Assembly: GCA_964517125.1 (NCBI GenBank)
Contig: CAZFBD010000001.1
Span: forward strand, 8,277 to 52,106
Length of the DNA: 43,830 nucleotides
From: an uncultured Acidimicrobiales bacterium
GTDB lineage: Bacteria > Actinomycetota > Acidimicrobiia > Acidimicrobiales > SHLQ01
Reading direction: 5' to 3'
Shown piece by piece: positions 38,227-43,830 of the stretch. The notes under the pieces were generated by a model. It was not told the origin of the DNA. It searched no databases and worked only from the letters and a program-made list of their open reading frames with translations. The stretch's first letter is position 1. Each line of letters opens with the position of its first letter. A program made the translations under genes and the position numbers.

Positions 38227-38898
38227 CTAGATGTTGGCGACCTGATCATCGGCGATTCGCCGGAATGCCCGGCGTCCGACGTTGCGATCGAGCATGGCGA
38301 CCTCGAGTTCGTCGTCGGAGAGCTCCCGGTCGGGTCCGGCGAGTGCCGTCCTGGCCAGTTCGAGCGCTTCCCGAGCGGTGAGGCCGGGCTTCCAACCTTC
38401 GGCGACGACCGTGTTGATCGGGTCGGAGTCGCCTCCGAGCACGACGAAGTTGGTTTCGTCCATCACCGTGCCGTCATAGAGGATGTGGAACAGCTGCTCT
38501 TCGCCCGGAGTGTCGGTGATCTCGGCCACGAGAATCTCGACCTCGAGCGGCTTCATCTCGTGGGTGAAGGTCTGTCCGAGCATCTGGGCGTAGTTGTTGG
38601 CCAGGCTCCGGGCCTCGACGTCCTCGCGGCTGTACGTGAAGCCCTTCATGTCGGCGTGACGGACACCAGCGATGCGGAGCTGATCGAACTCGTTGTACTT
38701 GCCGACACCGGCGAAGGCGATTCGGTCGTAGATCTCGGAAACCTTGTGCAACGTGTGCGACGGGTTCTCGGCGCAGATGAACACACCATGCTCATAGGAC
38801 ATGGCCACCAGGCTGCGGCCGCGGGCGATGCCCTTTCGGGCGTAGTCGGCCCGGTCCTTCATCATCTGTTCCGGAGCGACATAGAACGGTGTTGTCAT
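38227..38898 (-). CDS. prcA: 20S proteasome alpha subunit
   Basis: PFYVAPEQMMKDRADYARKGIARGRS, KVSEIYDRI. Confidence 0.97.
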   Translation of the reverse strand: MTTPFYVAPEQMMKDRADYARKGIARGRSLVAMSYEHGVFICAENPSHTLHKVSEIYDRIAFAGVGKYNEFDQLRIAGVRHADMKGFTYSREDVEARSLANNYAQMLGQTFTHEMKPLEVEILVAEITDTPGEEQLFHILYDGTVMDETNFVVLGGDSDPINTVVAEGWKPGLTAREALELARTALAGPDRELSDDELEVAMLDRNVGRRAFRRIADDQVANI

Positions 38899-39707
38899 GC
38901 CTCGACCTCCCGGTGGTTGGCGGAGAACTCGGATGCGATCGAGGCGAAGCGCTCGCCCACGACCTCGTCATCGACCCGTTCGTAGCCTTCGGCGCTGATG
39001 GTCACGATGATGGGATAGATGCCTCGCAGCGTGTCGGCGCCACCGGTTGCCGAATCGGCGTCGGCAGCCTGGAACAACGACTGTGCGAGCAACGTGACGG
39101 CCTCATCGGCAGTCATGGACCGGCGGTAGCCGACCTTGATGACGGTCTCGGCATGAAGCGAACCGGAGCCGGTAGCTGCATAGTCGGCTTCCTCGTAGCG
39201 CCCGCCCGTGATGTCGAACTCGAAGAGTCGACCGGTCTCGCGGGCGAGGTCATAGCCGGCGAAGATGGGCACGACGGCGAGGCCCTGCATGGCGGCCTGC
39301 AGGTTGCCACGGAGCATCTGGCTCAGCTGGTTGGCCTTGCCCTCCAGGCTCAGCGGTGCGCCTTCGACCTTTTCGTAGTGTTCGAGCTGCAGCTGGTAGA
39401 GCCGCACCATTTCGACTGCGGGGCCGGCGGCGCCGGCAATGGCAACCGCAGAGTGGCGGTCGGCCGGAAAGACCTTCTCGATCGAACGATGCGAGATCAG
39501 GTTGCCGGACGTCGCACGACGATCGCCGGCCATGACCACGCCATGGGCGTATCGGACCGCCACACAGGTGGTGCCATGGGTGATCGTCACCGGAGAATGG
39601 GGTGCGTTCGGGCCAGCGGCCGGAAGCGGCTCGATGCCACTGCGCCGCAGGAACGCGGTGAAGTCGGGGCCGGGATCTGCGCCCGGTCCATAGATCGGAA
39701 GCGTCAC
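38895..39707 (-). CDS. prcB: 20S proteasome beta subunit
   Basis: Propeptide, then HG^TTCV, AGDRRAT, GSGS, DSATGG. Confidence 0.97.
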   Translation of the reverse strand: MTLPIYGPGADPGPDFTAFLRRSGIEPLPAAGPNAPHSPVTITHGTTCVAVRYAHGVVMAGDRRATSGNLISHRSIEKVFPADRHSAVAIAGAAGPAVEMVRLYQLQLEHYEKVEGAPLSLEGKANQLSQMLRGNLQAAMQGLAVVPIFAGYDLARETGRLFEFDITGGRYEEADYAATGSGSLHAETVIKVGYRRSMTADEAVTLLAQSLFQAADADSATGGADTLRGIYPIIVTISAEGYERVDDEVVGERFASIASEFSANHREVEA

Positions 39708-39898
39708 TGGCCACCCTTTTGGATATAGCTCTTCACAAAGTCCTCGGCATTCGTCTCGAGGACTTCGTCGATCTCGTCGAGCAGATCGTCCATGTCAGCC
39801 TTCAGCTTCTCGCCGCTCTCCGCTGCAGTCGGGATTTCCTCGACCTGTTCCTGCTCATCGGGTGCACTCGTGCGTTTCCGCTGTTCACGCTCGGCCAT
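39704..39898 (-). CDS. pup: Prokaryotic ubiquitin-like protein Pup (GGQ form)
   Basis: DDLLDEIDEVLETNAEDFVKSYIQKGGQ. Confidence 0.98.
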   Translation of the reverse strand: MAEREQRKRTSAPDEQEQVEEIPTAAESGEKLKADMDDLLDEIDEVLETNAEDFVKSYIQKGGQ

Positions 39899-39925
39899 TG
39901 GTTCCTCCTACGTGTCGCCACACAG

Positions 39926-41425
39926 TCAACTTCGCAGCCGCTCCAACAATTCCAGCGGCGTTTCACTTTCTTCTAACACGGTACCGACATGTGCGCGGGT
40001 ACCCCGAGTCGGTTCCATCATCGGAATTCGACGAAGCGGGTCGATTCCGACATCGAACACGAGCGAGTCCCAGTTGGCAGCAACGATCTGGTCGCCCCAC
40101 TTGCGAAGGCACTCGCCCCGGAAAAAGGCGCGGGTGTCCTCGGGCGGGTCGGTGATTGCCGCCTTGACGTGCGCCGGATCGGCGATTGTCTGCAGACCGA
40201 GCTTGCGAGCCAGAGAACGGCCGGGCCGCATGTCGTGGTACTGGATGTCCATCGCTGCGAGGCGCGGGTCGTCCCACGACATGTCGTCGCGGTCGCGGTA
40301 CGCCTGCATGAGCTTGTACTTGGCGACCCAATCGAGTTGATCGGCAAGCTCCATCGGGTCCCGGCGGAGCGCCGCAAGGGCCAGCTCCCACCGTTCGAGA
40401 ACGTCGAGGGCCACGGCGCCGCCGACCATCTCCGTGCCTTCTGCTTCGATGAAACGGCGGGCATCGGAAGCGAGCGCTTCCTGGATGTCGAGAGCGGTGG
40501 CGCGGGTGCCGTCTTCGAGAAGCAGCGACTGCTGCATCGTGAGGTCGAAGCTCACCTGTTGCATTGCTCGAACCGGGTCGGCGAACGTCCACAGACGCGA
40601 GATCGCGCCCTGTTCGACCATGCCCAGAATGATTGCTGTCGTTCCGACCTTGAGGTAGGTGGAGACCTCGGCCATGTTGGCGTCGCCGGCGATCACGTGG
40701 AGGCGACGGTACTTGCGAGCGTCTGCGTGGGGCTCGTCGCGGGTGTTGATGATGGGACGCTTCAGCGTGGTCTCAAGGCCCACCTCTTCCTCGAAGAAGT
40801 CGGCACGCTGGGTAATCTGAAAGTCGATCTCGTCACGGTTGAGACCCGGCATCTCGGTGCCGACCTTGCCGGCGCCCGTGAAGATCTGCCGAGTGACGAG
40901 GTGGGCGGTGCCGTGGTGCACGATCTCGCCGAACGGGGTGGCCCGATCCATCAGGTAGTTCTCGTGGGTGCCGTACGAGTTGCCCTTGCCATCGCTGTTG
41001 TTCTTGTAGACAACGATCTCCTGGCCCGGAGGCAGGACCTCATCGGCCGCGGCCATGGACTCGACGAGAATCTCTTCGCCGGCCCGATCGTGCACCAGGA
41101 CCGAATAGGCGTCGGCGCACTCGGGCGAGGAGTACTCGGGATGGGCATGATCCACGTAGTAACGAGACCCGTTGGTCAGGACGGCATTCACCAGGTGCGT
41201 TTCGATCTCGGGGGCGAGTGCGTGCAGCGGCGTGGCTCCACGTGCGTCTCGGCTGGGTGACTCGTCCTCGAAATCCCAGGAGACCCGGGGCTGGAGCCGA
41301 GGGTCTCGCCGCGACAGGTACGCGTTGATCAACAGACTCGAGGCAGAAATTGGGTTCGGGTCATCGGTTCCCCGCAGAACGATGCCGTACTCGGTCTCGA
41401 TGCCGAGCGTCTTGGGGACCGCCAT
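39926..41425 (-). CDS. dop: Pup deamidase/depupylase
   Basis: GIETEYG, NGSRYYVDHAHPEYS, HENY, RLHVIAGDAN, ANWDS. Confidence 0.97.
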   Translation of the reverse strand: MAVPKTLGIETEYGIVLRGTDDPNPISASSLLINAYLSRRDPRLQPRVSWDFEDESPSRDARGATPLHALAPEIETHLVNAVLTNGSRYYVDHAHPEYSSPECADAYSVLVHDRAGEEILVESMAAADEVLPPGQEIVVYKNNSDGKGNSYGTHENYLMDRATPFGEIVHHGTAHLVTRQIFTGAGKVGTEMPGLNRDEIDFQITQRADFFEEEVGLETTLKRPIINTRDEPHADARKYRRLHVIAGDANMAEVSTYLKVGTTAIILGMVEQGAISRLWTFADPVRAMQQVSFDLTMQQSLLLEDGTRATALDIQEALASDARRFIEAEGTEMVGGAVALDVLERWELALAALRRDPMELADQLDWVAKYKLMQAYRDRDDMSWDDPRLAAMDIQYHDMRPGRSLARKLGLQTIADPAHVKAAITDPPEDTRAFFRGECLRKWGDQIVAANWDSLVFDVGIDPLRRIPMMEPTRGTRAHVGTVLEESETPLELLERLRS

Positions 41426-43171
41426 CTACAGGTACTGTCCCGTTCCGACTCGTTGCACTTCGCGGCCACCGGTGCCCTGATCGGCGGCATCGCCCACCAG
41501 CGTGCGGATGTACACGATGCGTTCGCCCTTCTTGCCCGAGATCTTGGCCCAGTCATCGGGGTTCGTGGTGTTCGGCAGGTCCTCGTGCTCACGGAACTCG
41601 CGCTTCGTGGCGGCGACGAGGTCCTCGGTGCGGATGCCCCGCTCTCCCCCGTTGATGACCCGCTTGATTGCGAGCTGCTTTGCCCGACGGACGATGTTCT
41701 CGATCATGGCCCCGGACGCAAAGTCCTTGAAGTACATGATTTCCTTGTCGCCGTTCTGGTACGTGACCTCGAGGAACTGGTTGTCCTCGTCGGTGCGGTA
41801 CATCTCGAGGACGGCTTCGTCGACCATGGCCTTGACCGCCTTGTTGCGGTCGCCGCCGCCCGTGGTGGCCACGAGCGTGGGGTCGATTGGCAGTTCCGGA
41901 GTCAGGTACTGCTCGAAGATCGATGCCGCCGACAGCTCGTCGGGGCGTTCGATGCGGATCTTCACGTCGAGACGGCCCGGACGCAGAATGGCAGGATCGA
42001 TGAGGTCTTCCCGGTTCGATGCGCCGATCACGATCACATTGCGAAGCGCCTCGACACCATCGATCTCGGCCAGAAGCTGCGGCACGATGGTGGACTCGAT
42101 GTCGGAGCTGATGCCGGACCCGCGGGTACGGAACAGCGATTCCATCTCGTCGAAGAAGACGATGACCGGCCAGCCCTCCTGGGCCTTCTCCCGGGCTCGC
42201 TGGAAGACGAGGCGGATCTGGCGTTCGGTTTCGCCGACGTACTTGTTCAGGAGCTCGGGGCCCTTGATGTTGATGAAGAACGAACGGGCGGCCTCGTCCT
42301 CGGACACCTCGGCGACCCGATTCGCCAGCGAGTTCGCGACCGCTTTGGCGATCATGGTCTTTCCACAACCGGGAGGCCCGTACAACAAGATGCCCTTGGG
42401 AGACGGCAATTCAAATTCGGTGAACAGGTCGGCGTGGACGAGGGGCAGCTCGATTGCGTCGGTGATCTGTTCGATCTGCTCATGGAGGCCGCCGATATCG
42501 GCATAGCTGACGTCGGGTACCTCTTCGAGGACAAGGTCTTCGACACCGGGTCGAGGGAGCTTCTCGAGAATCAGGTTGGAACGCGGATCGGTCAGAACGC
42601 TGTCGCCGGCCTTGAGTCCGCCTCCGCGCAGCTCTTCGCAGATCTCGACGACACGCTCTTCGTCGGCGCGTCCGACGATCATGGCGCGACTCTCGTCGAG
42701 CAGTTCACGCACGCTGGCGATTTCGCCGGTGGTATCGGCACCACGAGCGAGGACGATGTTGAGCGAATCGTTCAGCACGACTTCCTGACCCACACGGAGC
42801 TCGTCATCGAGGTCAGGGCTCACGGCCACGCGAACCTTGCGACCGCCCGCAAACACGTCGGCGCTGTCGTCGTCGTTGAACCCCAGGAAGGTGCCGTAGC
42901 TTGCCGGCGCCTGCGTGAGCTTGTCGACTTCCTCGCGGAGCGTGGCGATGTGATCGCGTGCTTCTCGCAGGGTGTAGGTGAGCTTTTCGTTGCGGGATAC
43001 GGCCTTCGCGAGCTGTCCCTTGGTCTCGAGCAGCCGCTCTTCGAGCGTGCGGACTCGGCGAGGAGCTTCTTGCAGCCGGTGGCGCAGGGCCTCGATCTCG
43101 TCGGTGAGCACGGCGGCGCGCTGACGTTCTGCGGCCAGTTGTGCTTCCAGATGCTGTGCTTCGTCGGCCAA
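41426..43171 (-). CDS. arc: Proteasome AAA+ ATPase ARC/Mpa
   Basis: N-terminal coiled coil, [21 protein letters not shown]-terminal GQYL; TTG start with GGAGG RBS. Confidence 0.97.
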   Translation of the reverse strand: MADEAQHLEAQLAAERQRAAVLTDEIEALRHRLQEAPRRVRTLEERLLETKGQLAKAVSRNEKLTYTLREARDHIATLREEVDKLTQAPASYGTFLGFNDDDSADVFAGGRKVRVAVSPDLDDELRVGQEVVLNDSLNIVLARGADTTGEIASVRELLDESRAMIVGRADEERVVEICEELRGGGLKAGDSVLTDPRSNLILEKLPRPGVEDLVLEEVPDVSYADIGGLHEQIEQITDAIELPLVHADLFTEFELPSPKGILLYGPPGCGKTMIAKAVANSLANRVAEVSEDEAARSFFINIKGPELLNKYVGETERQIRLVFQRAREKAQEGWPVIVFFDEMESLFRTRGSGISSDIESTIVPQLLAEIDGVEALRNVIVIGASNREDLIDPAILRPGRLDVKIRIERPDELSAASIFEQYLTPELPIDPTLVATTGGGDRNKAVKAMVDEAVLEMYRTDEDNQFLEVTYQNGDKEIMYFKDFASGAMIENIVRRAKQLAIKRVINGGERGIRTEDLVAATKREFREHEDLPNTTNPDDWAKISGKKGERIVYIRTLVGDAADQGTGGREVQRVGTGQYL

Positions 43172-43422
43172 CGTTGGACCTCCCTCAACCGGACCCTAGT
43201 CGTACACCCGAACATGTCGGCGGAGCCAACCACAGGATCCCACGTGAATTGTGACAACAGACCGCGGTCGGTCCAATCCTGCCCCTCAGCTACACTTTCG
43301 GTAGATTCACCCGACGTGATGAACCGGCGGCGAAAAAATCCCGCTCGGCCTCAATTGGGCCACGGACGCCGATCACGTCACCACGCGTACCCCACGAGTC
43401 CCCCACGAGAAGGTTGCAACAC

Positions 43423-43653
43423 ATGAAGGTCTGGATCGATCAGGATCTCTGCACAGGCGACGGCATCTGCGTCGAGATCGCCCCCGACGTGTTCGCCCTG
43501 CTCGACGACGGACTGGCGTACGTCAAGGAAGGCTCCACCATCCACAACCCCGGCGGCCCCAGCGGCCTCGCCACGGTTGGCAGCGGCAAGGAAGACGGCG
43601 TCATCGAGTCCGCCGAAGAATGCCCCGGAGAGTGCATCTTCATCGAAGTCTGA
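43423..43653 (+). CDS. Single-cluster ferredoxin
   Basis: MKVWIDQDLCTGDGICVEIAPDVF...ECPGECI. Confidence 0.92.
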   Translation: MKVWIDQDLCTGDGICVEIAPDVFALLDDGLAYVKEGSTIHNPGGPSGLATVGSGKEDGVIESAEECPGECIFIEV

Positions 43654-43830
43654 GGGAACCCTTCGGGTTCCTCGGGTTTCGGCCCTGAAGGGCCGAAACC
43701 CCCAGCCGTTCGCTTCGCTCTCTACTCGAGTTCTGGCCCTGGCGGGCCATAACTCGGCCGCACGGACGAAACCCTCAGCCGTTCGCTTCGCTCTCTACTC
43801 GAGTTCTGGCCCTGGCGGGCCATAACTCGG
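43652..43830. repeat. Cluster of hairpin repeats with a 73-bp-period direct repeat, cut by the window end
   Basis: CAGCCGTTCGCTTCGCTCTCTACTCGAGTTCTGGCCCTGGCGGGCCATAACTCGG at 43703 and 43776, preceded by the related hairpin GGGTTTCGGCCC-TGAA-GGGCCGAAACCC. Confidence 0.85.

Noticed and set aside
43195-43216. PafBC-type promoter (TGTCGG-N10-TANNNT) upstream of arc
   Set aside because: The minus strand reads TGTTCG-N10-TAGGGT; the core mismatches make it too weak to call.
18844-43426. Long antisense ORFs (18844..20769, 25645..27270, 35384..37336, 39989..41260, 41453..43426)
   Set aside because: They mirror well-conserved genes on the other strand, carry no motifs, and are expected from GC-rich codon bias.
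43694-43830. 73-bp-period repeat as a CRISPR array
   Set aside because: About 55-63 bp is repeated with only 10-18 nt unique, the wrong proportions; only two units are visible.

Overview
High-GC actinobacterial DNA, most likely Acidimicrobiia (inferred from the Pup-proteasome locus and gene style). The right half is conserved core: arc-dop-pup-prcB-prcA-(XRE-HTH insert)-pafA-pafB-pafC-lepB, then tatB-tatC-helY-DAGK-like-thyX, with a divergent ferredoxin. The centre holds propionyl-CoA metabolism (acyl-CoA carboxylase alpha subunit, methylmalonyl-CoA mutase and epimerase) and an enoyl-CoA hydratase. The left end holds amino-acid regulation and catabolism (MocR/LysE, Lrp/fused IOR). Signals the ORF track does not show: (1) two genes split by an in-frame TGA at the first Cys of a thioredoxin-fold CxxC (U-L-P-C and U-S-T-C), each followed by a hairpin whose loop starts 26 nt after the TGA, so probable selenoproteins; (2) a 1585-aa fusion of a catalytically degenerate BcsA-like GT2 and PilZ domain to an internal signal peptide, 75-aa repeats, a Thr/acidic stalk and a C-terminal anchor; (3) a shared CTCA-N16/17-(G/A/T)CCGA sigma28/FliA/WhiG-type promoter upstream of four orphan genes, including that fusion and the HTH gene in the proteasome locus; (4) a ~370-nt candidate structured ncRNA with promoter and terminator, divergent from an RGG-rich protein; (5) 25-bp-periodic palindromes flanking a proC-like gene. 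All family calls are by-eye motif recognition; no database searches were run.
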